Assembly: GCA_963783305.1 (NCBI GenBank)
Contig: CAWAMW010000016.1
Coordinates: 576,001 to 640,000 of the forward strand
Direction of reading: 5' to 3'
Length of the DNA: 64,000 bases
DNA from: an uncultured Gemmatimonadales bacterium
GTDB lineage: Bacteria > Gemmatimonadota > Gemmatimonadetes > Longimicrobiales > RSA9
Below, piece by piece: positions 32,964 through 42,782 of this stretch. The position numbers and the translations under genes are program-made. Below the pieces are notes generated by a model. The model saw only the letters and a program-made list of their open reading frames with translations. It was not told the DNA's origin and did no database searches. Each line of letters begins with the position of its first letter. Position 1 is the stretch's first letter.

Positions 32964-34046
32964 ATGAGCATGGACGACAGGACACTTCTGGTGACTGGCG
33001 GCGCCGGCTTCATCGGCTCCGAGGTGGTCCGTACCCTCATCGGCGAGACGACGGCTCACGTGGTGAACGTCGATCGGTTGACCTACGCCGCGAACCTCGA
33101 CTCGCTCCGGGGCGTCGCCGCCGAGCCGCGCTACACGCTGGAGCGGGTCGATATCGCCGATCGACAGGCCGTGCGGGACGTCTTCGCCCGCCATCGCCCG
33201 GACGGCGTGCTGCACCTGGCGGCGGAATCCCACGTGGACCGCTCGATCGAGGGGCCAGACGATTTCATCCGGACCAACCTCATGGGCACCTTCGTCATGG
33301 TCGAGGAGGCTCGGCGCCACTGGGCCTCTCTGGACCCGGGGCGCGCCAGTGCGTTCCGATTCCTCCACGTGTCCACCGATGAGGTCTTCGGGTCCCTCGG
33401 AGAGAGCGGCGTGTTCCGACCCCGGACACCCTACGACCCCAGTTCCCCGTACTCCGCCACCAAGGCCGGCGCGGACCACCTGGTGCGCGCGTGGCACCGG
33501 ACCTACGGATTCCCCACGCTCCTCACCAACTGCTCGAACAACTACGGTCCGTACCAGTTCCCGGAAAAGCTCGTCCCGCTCATGATCATCAAGGCGCTCC
33601 GCAGGGAGCCGCTGCCGGTGTACGGCCAGGGCGAGAACGTGCGGGACTGGCTCCACGTGCGGGACCACGCCCGCGCGCTGCTGCGCGTGCTGGAGGCCGG
33701 CCGGGTGGGGGAGACGTACCTGGTGGGCGGGCACGGCGAGCGCCGCAACCTGGACGTGGTCCGAACGCTGTGCGACCTCGTCGATGAGGTCGCACCCGAC
33801 CCGGGTGAGTCCCCGCGTCGTGAGCTCATCGAGTTCGTCGAGGACCGCCCCGGTCACGACCTGCGCTACGCCGTGGACCCGTCGAAGATCGAGGACGAGC
33901 TGGGGTGGCGTCCGGAGCGCTCGCTGGAAGAAGGTCTCCGCGAGACCGTGAAGTGGTATATCGACAACGATTGGTGGTGGGAGCGAGTGCTGTCCGGGGA
34001 GTACCGCGGAGAGCGCCTGGGCCTGGCCGCCCGGGGCACGCAATGA
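32964..34046 (+). CDS. rfbB: dTDP-glucose 4,6-dehydratase
   Basis: [58 protein letters not shown]. Confidence 0.97.
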   Translation: MSMDDRTLLVTGGAGFIGSEVVRTLIGETTAHVVNVDRLTYAANLDSLRGVAAEPRYTLERVDIADRQAVRDVFARHRPDGVLHLAAESHVDRSIEGPDDFIRTNLMGTFVMVEEARRHWASLDPGRASAFRFLHVSTDEVFGSLGESGVFRPRTPYDPSSPYSATKAGADHLVRAWHRTYGFPTLLTNCSNNYGPYQFPEKLVPLMIIKALRREPLPVYGQGENVRDWLHVRDHARALLRVLEAGRVGETYLVGGHGERRNLDVVRTLCDLVDEVAPDPGESPRRELIEFVEDRPGHDLRYAVDPSKIEDELGWRPERSLEEGLRETVKWYIDNDWWWERVLSGEYRGERLGLAARGTQ

Positions 34047-34957
34047 TGAGAAACTCCACGCCGGACGCGGCGCCGGCCGTGCCGAAGGGGATCATCCTGG
34101 CCGGGGGCAGCGGGACGCGGCTGTATCCGATCACTCGTGTCGTGAGCAAGCAGCTCCTGCCGGTCTACGACAAGCCGATGATCTACTATCCCCTGACCAC
34201 GCTCATGCTGGCCGGGATCCGGGAGATCCTGGTGATCTCCACCCCCGAAGACCTGCCCCGCTTCCGCTCGCTGCTGTCAGACGGGGGCCAGTGGGGGCTC
34301 CGGATCGAATACGCCGAGCAGCCGCGCCCCGAAGGCCTCGCCCAGGCGTTCACCATCGGTCGCGCCTTCGTCGAGGATGATCCCGTCGCCCTCGTCCTCG
34401 GCGACAATATTTTCTACGGCCACGGGCTCACCGAGACCCTACGACGCGCCGCCGCCGAACCCGGGGGCGCCACGATCTTCGGCTATCACGTCCGGGACCC
34501 CGAGCGCTATGGCGTTGCCGAGGTGGACGACACCGGCACGGTGCTCAGCATCGAGGAGAAGCCGGCACGGCCGCGCTCCCATTTTGCGGTGACCGGCCTC
34601 TACTTCTACGACAACGAGGTCCTGGAGATCGCGGGCGCCCTCGAGCCGTCGGCGCGCGGCGAATACGAGATCACCGATGTCAACCGGGAGTACCTGCGGC
34701 GCGGTCAGCTGCGGATGGAGATCCTCGGAAGGGGCAGCGCCTGGCTGGACACGGGCACCCACGAGTCGCTCCAGGAGGCGTCGAGCTTCATCGAGACCAT
34801 CCAGAAGCGGCAGGGCCTCAAGGTGGCGTGCCCCGAGGAGATCGCCTGGCGCCTCGGCTGGATCGACAGCGCTGCGCTCCGGCTCCAGGCCGAGCCCATG
34901 AGCAAGAACGACTACGGCGCGTACCTGCTGGCGCTGGCCGATGGGGAGGCGATGTGA
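34043..34957 (+). CDS. rfbA: Glucose-1-phosphate thymidylyltransferase
   Basis: [49 protein letters not shown]. Confidence 0.98.
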   Translation: MMRNSTPDAAPAVPKGIILAGGSGTRLYPITRVVSKQLLPVYDKPMIYYPLTTLMLAGIREILVISTPEDLPRFRSLLSDGGQWGLRIEYAEQPRPEGLAQAFTIGRAFVEDDPVALVLGDNIFYGHGLTETLRRAAAEPGGATIFGYHVRDPERYGVAEVDDTGTVLSIEEKPARPRSHFAVTGLYFYDNEVLEIAGALEPSARGEYEITDVNREYLRRGQLRMEILGRGSAWLDTGTHESLQEASSFIETIQKRQGLKVACPEEIAWRLGWIDSAALRLQAEPMSKNDYGAYLLALADGEAM

Positions 34958-35493
34958 ATATAACCGAGGCCCCAATCCCCGGCGTCCTCGTTTTCGAGCC
35001 CCGGCTCTTCCACGATCACCGTGGCGTTTTTGTAGAGACGTGGAACCAGGCACGCTACGAGTTGCCGGAGTTCGTACAGGACAACCTGTCGCGGTCGAGC
35101 AAGGGGGTGCTGCGGGGACTCCATTACCAGCACCCGAACGCGCAGGGTAAACTCGTGACGGTGGTGCGTGGAAAGGTCTGGGACGTGGTGGTGGACCTGC
35201 GGCGCGGGAGTGGCGCCTTCGGCCTCTGGTGGGGGCTGGATCTCTCGGCGGACGATTTCCGACAGCTCTGGGTCCCCGAGGGCTGCGCTCACGGGTTCGT
35301 GGCGCTCACCGACCATGCGACGGTCAGCTACAAGTGCAGCGCCCCCTACTCCCCCGAAGACGAGCACACGCTGCGGTGGGACGACCCCCAGGTGGGAATC
35401 GAATGGCCCGTGACCGATCCGGAGCTCTCGGAGAAAGACCGGGCGGGGCTCACGCTGAGCCAGCTCGGCGACGCGCTCCCGCGGTACCCCTAA
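34954..35493 (+). CDS. rfbC: dTDP-4-dehydrorhamnose 3,5-epimerase
   Basis: [38 protein letters not shown] start at 34954. Confidence 0.96.
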   Translation: MNITEAPIPGVLVFEPRLFHDHRGVFVETWNQARYELPEFVQDNLSRSSKGVLRGLHYQHPNAQGKLVTVVRGKVWDVVVDLRRGSGAFGLWWGLDLSADDFRQLWVPEGCAHGFVALTDHATVSYKCSAPYSPEDEHTLRWDDPQVGIEWPVTDPELSEKDRAGLTLSQLGDALPRYP

Positions 35494-35506
35494 GGGCCAC
35501 GGGTTT

Positions 35507-35713
35507 CTACTCCCGCAGCATTTCTCCCACGCGGGCCATGCCGCGGCCCCGCTCCACGAGCACGGCGGCGAGCTTGTCCAGCACGGCCCGAGGCGCGCTC
35601 TCTGGTTTCTGGCGGTAGGAGCGCACATCGGCCACGGGGATCCCCAGCGCCATCGCCAGCTCTTCCTCGGTGCTGACGAACAGATCCGTGGCGTTCCTGA
35701 AATCGAGCGGCAT
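35507..35713 (-). CDS. Small protein with Cro/XRE-like helix-turn-helix
   Basis: GGAGGGG SD; EEELAMALGIPVADVRSY resembles an HTH. Confidence 0.65.
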   Translation of the reverse strand: MPLDFRNATDLFVSTEEELAMALGIPVADVRSYRQKPESAPRAVLDKLAAVLVERGRGMARVGEMLRE

Positions 35714-35722
35714 GTCCCCTCC

Positions 35723-36172
35723 TCAGAGGCCGAACCGACGGTGGTCGGCCATGGTGCAGCGGTTCTGGACGACCTGGATGCCCGCCCGGGCCAGTTCGGC
35801 GGCCGCTTCGTCGTTGCGGATCCCGAGCTGGAACCACACCACCTTCGGAGCCTTGGCGATGATGTCGGCGACATGGCGCGGGATGTCCCGCGGCCGCCGG
35901 AACACGTCCACCATGTCGATATCGCCGGGGATCTCCGCCACCGTGCGATGGACGGGCTGCCCGAGTATGGTCGTCACATCCGGATAATACGTGGGGACCG
36001 GCACGACGTCATACCCCACCTCCTGGAGGTATTGCGGGACATAATGGGCGGGCTGTCCCGCCCGCGACTCGGGCTTGATGCCCAGGACCGCGATCCGCTT
36101 CGTCTCCACGAGAATCCGCCGGACGGAATCGCTGTCGGCAATGAGATTGTCCTGCCACGATAATTCGGTCAT
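35723..36172 (-). CDS. CoA-binding protein (YccU-like)
   Basis: RIAVLG, YLQEVGYDVVPV, IDMVDVFRR, VWFQLGI, VVQNRC. Confidence 0.92.
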   Translation of the reverse strand: MTELSWQDNLIADSDSVRRILVETKRIAVLGIKPESRAGQPAHYVPQYLQEVGYDVVPVPTYYPDVTTILGQPVHRTVAEIPGDIDMVDVFRRPRDIPRHVADIIAKAPKVVWFQLGIRNDEAAAELARAGIQVVQNRCTMADHRRFGL

Positions 36173-36252
36173 TACTGCCTCAGGTTGTGGGAAAGCCGCT
36201 CCAGTCCGGCGCGAGCCCCGGTCCCCATTAGGGCCTCCGCCGCCGGAAGCCC

Positions 36253-36281
36253 TTGAACCCGTCCGGTCGTTCCGTTACGTT
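36253..36281 (+). promoter_or_regulatory. Putative sigma70 promoter for SRP RNA
   Basis: TTGAAC-17 nt-TACGTT, ending 7 nt before the RNA 5' end. Confidence 0.65.
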
Positions 36282-36288
36282 CTGTGCG

Positions 36289-36383
36289 CCCCAGGCCCCG
36301 TAGGGCGCGAGCGCGCGAATCCCGTCAGGACCGTGAAGGTAGCAGCGGTAAGTGACGCGGACGCCGCTGCGGATCGCCTGGGG
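36289..36383 (+). ncRNA. ffs: Signal recognition particle RNA (small, 4.5S type)
   Basis: Closing stem CCCCAGGC/GCCTGGGG plus T-tract; helix-8 motif GTCAGG-ACC-GTGAA-GGT-AGCAGC; upstream of dnaX. Confidence 0.92.
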
Positions 36384-36466
36384 TTTTTTCTTGGGCGCAC
36401 GATCCTGTTCCAACGGGGTCGCAAAGGTCGCGCCCCCGGATCGAAGACTCGACACCCCACATCGCT

Positions 36467-38317
36467 ATGACTCGGAACGCGCTGGCCCGCACATACCGCC
36501 CGCGGCGGTTCAGCGAGTTGAGCACGCAGGAGCACGTCTCCGAGACGCTGCGCTCCGCCGTGGCCCACGACCGCGTCGCCCATGCCTACCTGTTCAACGG
36601 CCCCCGTGGTGTCGGAAAGACGAGCGCGGCGCGGGTGCTGGCCATGGCGCTCAACTGCCCGAACCGCGTCCTCGAGGGCGAGGTCGGAGACCTCCCGCCG
36701 GGAGAGCCGTGCGGCACGTGTGAATCGTGCGAGCGGATCTGGGGCGGCAAGACGTCGCTCGACGTCGTTGAGATCGATGCGGCCTCCAATCGCGGCGTCG
36801 ATGATGCCCGGGACCTCCGGGAGCGGGCCATGTACGCCCCAACCGAGGAAGGGCGCTTCAAGGTCTATATCATAGACGAGGCGCACATGCTCACCCGGGA
36901 GGCGTGGAACGCGCTCCTCAAGATCCTCGAGGAGCCGCCGCCCCGGGTCATCTTCATTTTCGCCACCACGGAAGCACAGAAGATCCAGCAGGCCGCCCCG
37001 CCGATCCTGTCTCGTACACAGCGGTTCGATTTCCGCCGGTTCGGTGTATCGGCCATTGTGGAGCGGCTGGGGCAGGTGCTCGAGTCCGAGGGAGTGGAGA
37101 CCGACGAGCAGGCGCTCCTCCTCCTCGCCCGCCGGGCGGAGGGCGGCATGCGCGACGCTCTCTCCCTCCTCGACCAGGCCCTCTCCTTCGCCACCGGCCG
37201 CCTCACCACCGAGGACGTACAGCGCATCCTGGGGCTCGTGGCCGATGAAGTGTACCTCGATCTGTTTGCCATCATCGCCGAGGGGCGCGTCGCCGATGTC
37301 TTCCGGTTCGTGCAGGAGATCGTCGAAGGCGGGTACGACCTGAGCGAATTCTACCGCGGCCTGGCCGATGCTTTCCGGACCCTGCTCGTGGTCCGCTTCG
37401 ACGGCGCCGACTCCGCTGACGTTCGCGACGACCTGCGTACGCTGTGGGAGGAGCGCGCCAACGCCTTCTCCACCGGCGACTTGCTCCGCATGCTCGGCCA
37501 GGTTGCCGAGCTCGACGCCGATGGTCGGTTCAGGAAGAGCAGCCACCCGCGCATCCTGCTGGAGGCCCTCCTGCTCCGCTTCGCGCACCTGCCCCGCACG
37601 GTGGAGATCGAGGACCTCATCCGAGCGGCCGGCGGGGCCGACCCCGTTGAGCGATCCGACCCGCCACCGCTGACGCCGGTCGAGCGGCCGCGCGCTCCCG
37701 CCAGCACACCGGCGGCCACGCCGGCGCCAGGCCAGCGCGCCGGGGTTCGGCCGCCCGCGGATGGGGAGATGGCGCCGCCCCGGAAACAGGAGGGGCGCCC
37801 CGTACCAGAGCGTCGATCGGAGGGGCCAGCAGAGTCCCCATCGGAGCCGCGGTCGGCCGCGGATCCAGCCGTGGCCGACCGCCCGGAGGCGGTCGGCGAG
37901 CCGGCTCAGCCCCGCGCCGAGGCCGGGCCTGCTAAACCCGGCTACACTACCGCGGCCCAGGCCGTGCGTTCCATCGCTGCCGGCGGGAACGCCGGGCTGC
38001 CTTCCGGGCTCGGCCTCTTCCTTCGGACCGCGGCGGTGTCGGAGGAGGGCGACCGCGTGGTGGTGGAGATGCCGGCCGGTCCGGGGATCGAGCTGATGGA
38101 AGAAAGCCCCACCGCGGCGCGAACGCTCCAGGACGCGCTGTCCGACGCGCTGGGCCGCCCCATCGAGCTGGAGGTTCGGACGAGCGAGGGCGGGGGGGCG
38201 CAGGCTGTGCGACTGACGCCGGAGCGAGTCCGACAGGACCAGGTGCAGAAGCTCTCGAGCGAGGAACCGGGTCTGGACCGGGCGGTACAAGAATGGGACC
38301 TTGAGATGCTGGACTGA
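36467..38317 (+). CDS. dnaX: DNA polymerase III subunit gamma/tau
   Basis: ALARTYRP, HAYLFNGPRGVGKTS, PCGTCESC, EIDAASNRGVDD, IIDEAHML, ALLKILEEPP. Confidence 0.98.
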   Translation: MTRNALARTYRPRRFSELSTQEHVSETLRSAVAHDRVAHAYLFNGPRGVGKTSAARVLAMALNCPNRVLEGEVGDLPPGEPCGTCESCERIWGGKTSLDVVEIDAASNRGVDDARDLRERAMYAPTEEGRFKVYIIDEAHMLTREAWNALLKILEEPPPRVIFIFATTEAQKIQQAAPPILSRTQRFDFRRFGVSAIVERLGQVLESEGVETDEQALLLLARRAEGGMRDALSLLDQALSFATGRLTTEDVQRILGLVADEVYLDLFAIIAEGRVADVFRFVQEIVEGGYDLSEFYRGLADAFRTLLVVRFDGADSADVRDDLRTLWEERANAFSTGDLLRMLGQVAELDADGRFRKSSHPRILLEALLLRFAHLPRTVEIEDLIRAAGGADPVERSDPPPLTPVERPRAPASTPAATPAPGQRAGVRPPADGEMAPPRKQEGRPVPERRSEGPAESPSEPRSAADPAVADRPEAVGEPAQPRAEAGPAKPGYTTAAQAVRSIAAGGNAGLPSGLGLFLRTAAVSEEGDRVVVEMPAGPGIELMEESPTAARTLQDALSDALGRPIELEVRTSEGGGAQAVRLTPERVRQDQVQKLSSEEPGLDRAVQEWDLEMLD

Positions 38318-38341
38318 TCGATCCAATTTCGTGGCGAGGCA

Positions 38342-38665
38342 ATGACCAACTTTCAGCAGATATTGCAGATGGGCCAGCAGATGCAGGCCCGCATGTCCGA
38401 GCTCCAGACGGAGCTGAAGAACCAGACGGTGACGACGTCCAGTGGGGGAGGGATGGTGACGGTAACGGCGGACGGCCGGGGTCGCGTGCGCGAGGTGAAG
38501 ATCGATCCAACCGTCGTCGACCCGAGGGATGTGGAAATGCTCGAGGACCTGGTCGTGGCTGCGGTCTCCGAGGCGCAGCAGCGTGCCCAGAAGCTGTATG
38601 AGGACGAGATGAAGAAGGTCACCGGCGGGATGAACCTGCCGTTCCAGCTGCCCAACCTCTTCTAA
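38342..38665 (+). CDS. ebfC: YbaB/EbfC nucleoid-associated protein
   Basis: SGGGMVTVTADG, IDP..DVEMLEDLVVAA; between dnaX and recR. Confidence 0.95.
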   Translation: MTNFQQILQMGQQMQARMSELQTELKNQTVTTSSGGGMVTVTADGRGRVREVKIDPTVVDPRDVEMLEDLVVAAVSEAQQRAQKLYEDEMKKVTGGMNLPFQLPNLF

Positions 38666-38671
38666 GGGCGG

Positions 38672-39268
38672 ATGGGAGCCATCGATGAGCTGACGACCGA
38701 GCTCTCCCGGCTCCCCGGGATCGGTCGAAAGACGGCGCTCCGCCTTACGTTCTTCCTCCTGAAGCGCACGCCGGAGGAGAGCCGTCGCCTGGCCCGCGCC
38801 ATCGAATCGGTGGCGGAGCGCGTGCGCGAATGCTCCCGATGCGGTAACCTGACGGAGTCGGATCCGTGCGAGATGTGTGAAGATGGCCGACGGGACCCGT
38901 CGATCATCTGTGTCGTGGAGGAGGCCTCCGACATCGGCGCCATTGAGCGGACGGGCGAGTTCAGGGGGCGCTACCATGTGCTGGGCGGGCGGCTTTCACC
39001 GCTCGATGGGGTGGGTCCCGAGGAGCTGAACATCGACACGCTCCTCCGGCGCCTCGGTGGGGAGGGTGATGGACGGGTGGAAGAGCTGATCATAGCGACG
39101 AACCCCAGCGTGGAAGGGGAGGCGACGGCGCTCTACCTTCAGAAGCTCGTCCGGCCGCAAGGCGTGAGAGTGACGCGCCTTGCCCGCGGGCTGCCGGTGG
39201 GGGGAGACCTGGAATATGCCGACGGCGTGACCATCGCCGAGGCGCTGTCTGGACGACGGGAGCTATAA
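38672..39268 (+). CDS. recR: Recombination mediator RecR
   Basis: LPGIGRKTALRL, C4 zinc finger, YHVLGG, ATNPSVEGEAT, GLPVGGDLEYAD. Confidence 0.98.
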   Translation: MGAIDELTTELSRLPGIGRKTALRLTFFLLKRTPEESRRLARAIESVAERVRECSRCGNLTESDPCEMCEDGRRDPSIICVVEEASDIGAIERTGEFRGRYHVLGGRLSPLDGVGPEELNIDTLLRRLGGEGDGRVEELIIATNPSVEGEATALYLQKLVRPQGVRVTRLARGLPVGGDLEYADGVTIAEALSGRREL

Positions 39269-39272
39269 CGGG

Positions 39273-39594
39273 ATGAGGTTGAAGCCGATCCTTCGCGTGA
39301 CGGGAATGGCGCTGCTCGTGGCCGCCGCGGCCTCGATGCTGGGCGTCCTCTTCGTGCGCGACCAGAATGTCGCGCCATCGCCGCGACCTGTTCAACAGTC
39401 GGCCCCTCCGCCGACTGGCGGCTTTGGGCTACGTGGCGGGGGCCCCTCCCTCCATCGACACCGTCCGGCTCCTCCGCGATTACATCGCATGGGAGCGACA
39501 GCCGCTGATCCGACGTCAGGCCGTTCAGGTGCTGGCGAAGATCGAGCGCAGCCTCCGCCGCTCCCGTCCACCCGTGGGCGAGGCCGCCGGATGA
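39273..39594 (+). pseudogene. Small TM-anchored HEAT-like protein, apparently split by a 1-nt insertion at ~39366
   Basis: TM segment ends ..FVRDQ (CAG 39363-65), one extra A, then ATG TCG CGC (MSRHRRDLF..) in the +1 frame; stop overlaps mglB start. Confidence 0.6.
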
Positions 39595-40079
39595 CCTCGA
39601 ATCCTCTGGAAGCGCTGGGTCCGGACGAGATCCAGCGCATCAATCGGCTCCTGCACGATTTCGTCGCGGAAGCGGGGGCGCGCTGCGCACTGCTCATCGA
39701 CCGGGCCGGCCGCGCCGTGACGGCGTTCGGCGACACGGGCGAGCTCGACGAGATCAGCTTCGCCTCTCTCGCCGCCGCCGACTTCGACGCGAGCGATCAG
39801 CTTGCGGGGCTCCTCGGGGAAGAGGAGTTCAGCGCGCTCTACCATCAGGGCGTTCATGGCTCCATGTACCTGTCGGAGATCGGCGGCTTCGCCATCCTCG
39901 CCGCGGTCTTCGATCGCCGCACGACGCTCGGGATGGTGAAACTGAAGACGCGCCAGACCGTGCCCCGGCTCGAAACGCTCCTGACCGGAGTCGGATCGCG
40001 GCCTCCGCAGAAACCGCAGCTGGACACCCATTTCGCGGACGACGCTGCAAGCGAAATCGACCGGCTCTTCGCCGGATGA
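39591..40079 (+). CDS. mglB: Roadblock/LC7 protein MglB
   Basis: [53 protein letters not shown]; precedes mglA. Confidence 0.9.
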   Translation: MTSNPLEALGPDEIQRINRLLHDFVAEAGARCALLIDRAGRAVTAFGDTGELDEISFASLAAADFDASDQLAGLLGEEEFSALYHQGVHGSMYLSEIGGFAILAAVFDRRTTLGMVKLKTRQTVPRLETLLTGVGSRPPQKPQLDTHFADDAASEIDRLFAG

Positions 40080-40092
40080 GGGAGATTCAGCT

Positions 40093-40671
40093 ATGTCGAT
40101 GATCAATTACGCAAGCCGCGAGATCAACTGTAAGATCGTCTATTACGGACCCGGCCTGTGCGGCAAGACGACCAACCTCGAATACGTGTACCAGAAGGTG
40201 AACCCGGAGACGCGGGGGAAGATGATCTCCCTCGCCACGGAGAATGAGCGGACGCTCTTCTTCGATTTTCTGCCGGTGGACCTGGGCTCGATCCGCGGAT
40301 TCAAGACGCGCTTCCACCTCTACACAGTTCCGGGGCAGGTGTATTACAACGCGAGCCGCCGACTCATCCTGAAGGGCGTGGACGGAATCGTCTTCGTGGC
40401 GGACAGCCAGGCGGAGCGGATGGACTCCAACCTGGCGTCCATGCAGAACCTCTACGAGAACCTGGCCGAGTACGGCTACGACCCGCGACAGCTCCCAATG
40501 GTGCTTCAGTACAATAAGCGGGACTTGCAGAGCCGGATCCCGGTAGACGAGCTGAGCGGGCAGCTGAATCCCGGGGGTCTGGAGGAGCACGAAGCGGTGG
40601 CCGTGGAGGGGGAGGGCGTGTTCGACACCCTCCGGGCGGTCAGCAAGCAGGTCATCAAGTCACTGAGCTGA
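40093..40671 (+). CDS. mglA: Ras-like GTPase MglA
   Basis: [47 protein letters not shown]. Confidence 0.97.
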   Translation: MSMINYASREINCKIVYYGPGLCGKTTNLEYVYQKVNPETRGKMISLATENERTLFFDFLPVDLGSIRGFKTRFHLYTVPGQVYYNASRRLILKGVDGIVFVADSQAERMDSNLASMQNLYENLAEYGYDPRQLPMVLQYNKRDLQSRIPVDELSGQLNPGGLEEHEAVAVEGEGVFDTLRAVSKQVIKSLS

Positions 40672-40675
40672 CGCC

Positions 40676-41329
40676 ATGCCGCTGATCGAGCCCCGCACGA
40701 TTCCGAACGTCATCACAGTTGGGCGTGTCGCTCTCGCGCCGCTGGTCTTCGTGCTCGCCCTATCCGACGGCGTCGTGCCCCGGCTCCTCGCCTTCGTCCT
40801 CTTCTGTGTCGCCGCGTTCTCCGACCTCTGGGACGGTCACCTGGCGCGGAAGCACGGCTGGATCTCCGATTTCGGCAAGCTCATGGACCCGCTGGCCGAC
40901 AAGCTCCTGTTGGTGGCCACGTTCGTGCCCTTCTTCATCATTTCACACCGGCCCGGCCCCGAGAACGACCTGCCCTACTGGGGCGCGCTGCCGGTATGGG
41001 TCCTGGCGGTGATCCTCGGTCGAGAGCTGCTCGTCACCATCGTGCGGCAGGTCGCGGCCCGCCGCGGCCAGGTGCTGGCCGCGGGACCGTCGGGGAAATA
41101 CAAGGCTGTGTTCCAGAACCTCTTCTCGGGCGCGGCGCTCCTGTGGTACGCGCTCCAGAGCTGGGCGGATCGGGGTGAGTGGAGCGGATCCGTGTGGGAG
41201 CTGTGGCAGGGGATCCTCCATGGTCCCGTGATCGGCATCACGCTGCTGATCGCCCTGATCCTGACCGTGATCTCCATGGTCATCTACTTCTGGAGCTGGC
41301 TGAGGGGTCCGAGCGCGGGGCCAACATGA
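40676..41329 (+). CDS. pgsA: CDP-alcohol phosphatidyltransferase (PgsA-like)
   Basis: PNVITVGR, SDLWDGHLARK..SDFGKLMDPLADK, GRE, GKYK. Confidence 0.9.
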   Translation: MPLIEPRTIPNVITVGRVALAPLVFVLALSDGVVPRLLAFVLFCVAAFSDLWDGHLARKHGWISDFGKLMDPLADKLLLVATFVPFFIISHRPGPENDLPYWGALPVWVLAVILGRELLVTIVRQVAARRGQVLAAGPSGKYKAVFQNLFSGAALLWYALQSWADRGEWSGSVWELWQGILHGPVIGITLLIALILTVISMVIYFWSWLRGPSAGPT

Positions 41330-41841
41330 CGACCACGGTGGGAGAAGCGATCGGGGCCGCGGCTCTTTTCGAGCGCGTGAGCGAGGCCCTGATCCGGCGC
41401 GGACGCCAGCTTGCCACGGCCGAGAGCTGCACCGGCGGCATGCTGGCCGCGGGCTTCACCGATCTGCCCGGCGCTTCCCGCTTCCTGCAGGCCGGGTTCG
41501 TGACCTATTCCGATCGGGCGAAGCGGGAGATGCTGGGCGTCCGCCCGGCTACGATCGCCTCCCATGGCGCGGTGTCCGAGCCCGTCGTGCGCGAGATGCT
41601 CTCCGGCGCGCTCCGCTCGGCCGACATGGCCGCAGCCATCACCGGTGTGGCTGGCCCCGACGGCGGAACGGCGGAAAAACCGGTGGGCACCGTCTGGGTG
41701 GCGGTCGGCACAAGCTCCGAGCACATCGCTCGCCGGTTCCTGTTCGAGGGGGGCCGTGCCGCGATCCGCGCCGCTTCCGTCTCCGCCGCGCTGGAGCTGC
41801 TCGGAGCGATGCTCGAGACGGAGCTCGAGGAGTGCGGATGA
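41326..41841 (+). CDS. CinA C-terminal / NMN deamidase PncC family protein
   Basis: ATAESCTGG, PGAS, VTYS, HGAVS, ITGVAGPDGG..KPVGTV. Confidence 0.92.
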   Translation: MTTTVGEAIGAAALFERVSEALIRRGRQLATAESCTGGMLAAGFTDLPGASRFLQAGFVTYSDRAKREMLGVRPATIASHGAVSEPVVREMLSGALRSADMAAAITGVAGPDGGTAEKPVGTVWVAVGTSSEHIARRFLFEGGRAAIRAASVSAALELLGAMLETELEECG

Positions 41842-42686
41842 CCCGGGCGCCGAGGCAGGGCCATGGCTACCTGGAAGGAGTGGGCCGCCTCCGGATCCAC
41901 TACCGCTCCTGGGAGGTGGAGGCGCCGCGGGCCGCGATCATCGTGGTGCACGGGCTCTTCGAGCACAGCCGTCGCTACGAGGAGTTCGCCGGCGACATGG
42001 CGGCGCACGGCTTCTCCACGTTCGTACCAGACCTGCGCGGCCACGGCGCCTCGGAAGGTCGGCGCGGGCATGCCGGCAGCTTCGATTTGCTGCTCCAGGA
42101 TCTGAATCGGTTCCGCCGTGAGGTCCAGGGGCTCATTCCCGTCGACCTGCCACTGTTCCTCTTCGGGCACTCGCTCGGCGGGCTGATCGCCCTGCGGCAC
42201 CTCGAGGAGCACGATGTCCCCTACCACGGCGCGATCATGACTTCGCCCTGGCTTGGGACCGCCGTTCCCGTTCCGCGCTGGCAGGTCCTTGCCGCCACCG
42301 TGCTGAACCGGATTCTCCCCTCCTTCCCGTTTCCGTTCCGCATGGACCCGGGTCTCCTCACTCACGACGAGGAACGGGCCCGGGACTACCGGGATGATCC
42401 TGTGATCCACAGCACCATCACACCGCGGATGTTCACGGAAACGGCGTCCGCCATCGAGCTCGCCCTCCGCCGCGGGGACAGGATCCACGTGCCCGTCCTC
42501 TTCATCCTCGCCGGGGACGATCGGATTGTGGACACGAGGCGCAGCCTGGCCTTTGCCCGCTCGCTCCCCTCCGACGACATTGAGGTCGAGGTCCTTGACG
42601 ACCGCTTCCACGAGGTGCTCCAGGAGCCGGACCGGACCGCCGTGAGGGCCGATATTCGTGCGTGGATTGAGAACAGACTGCCGTGA
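41838..42686 (+). CDS. Alpha/beta hydrolase (lysophospholipase-like)
   Basis: VHGLFEHSRRY, DLRGHG, GHSLGG, D..IV, FHEVLQE. Confidence 0.92.
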   Translation: MTRAPRQGHGYLEGVGRLRIHYRSWEVEAPRAAIIVVHGLFEHSRRYEEFAGDMAAHGFSTFVPDLRGHGASEGRRGHAGSFDLLLQDLNRFRREVQGLIPVDLPLFLFGHSLGGLIALRHLEEHDVPYHGAIMTSPWLGTAVPVPRWQVLAATVLNRILPSFPFPFRMDPGLLTHDEERARDYRDDPVIHSTITPRMFTETASAIELALRRGDRIHVPVLFILAGDDRIVDTRRSLAFARSLPSDDIEVEVLDDRFHEVLQEPDRTAVRADIRAWIENRLP

Positions 42687-42711
42687 GGCATGCCGAAGCG
42701 GCAGGCCGGAG

Positions 42712-42727
42712 CGGTATCGCGATTGCA
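42712..42727 (+). promoter_or_regulatory. Candidate sigma54 (-24/-12) promoter for grpE-dnaJ
   Basis: CGGTATCGCGATTGCA = GG-N10-GC with TTGCA. Confidence 0.5.
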
Positions 42728-42782
42728 CGCGATCCGGACGGGTGCGGGCGAGCCGCATCCGTGGAACGATACATGGGGTGAC

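Noticed and set aside
37600..38000. Programmed -1 frameshift or slippage site in dnaX
   Set aside because: No A-AAA-AAG heptamer or long A/T run; only a Pro/Ala-rich linker
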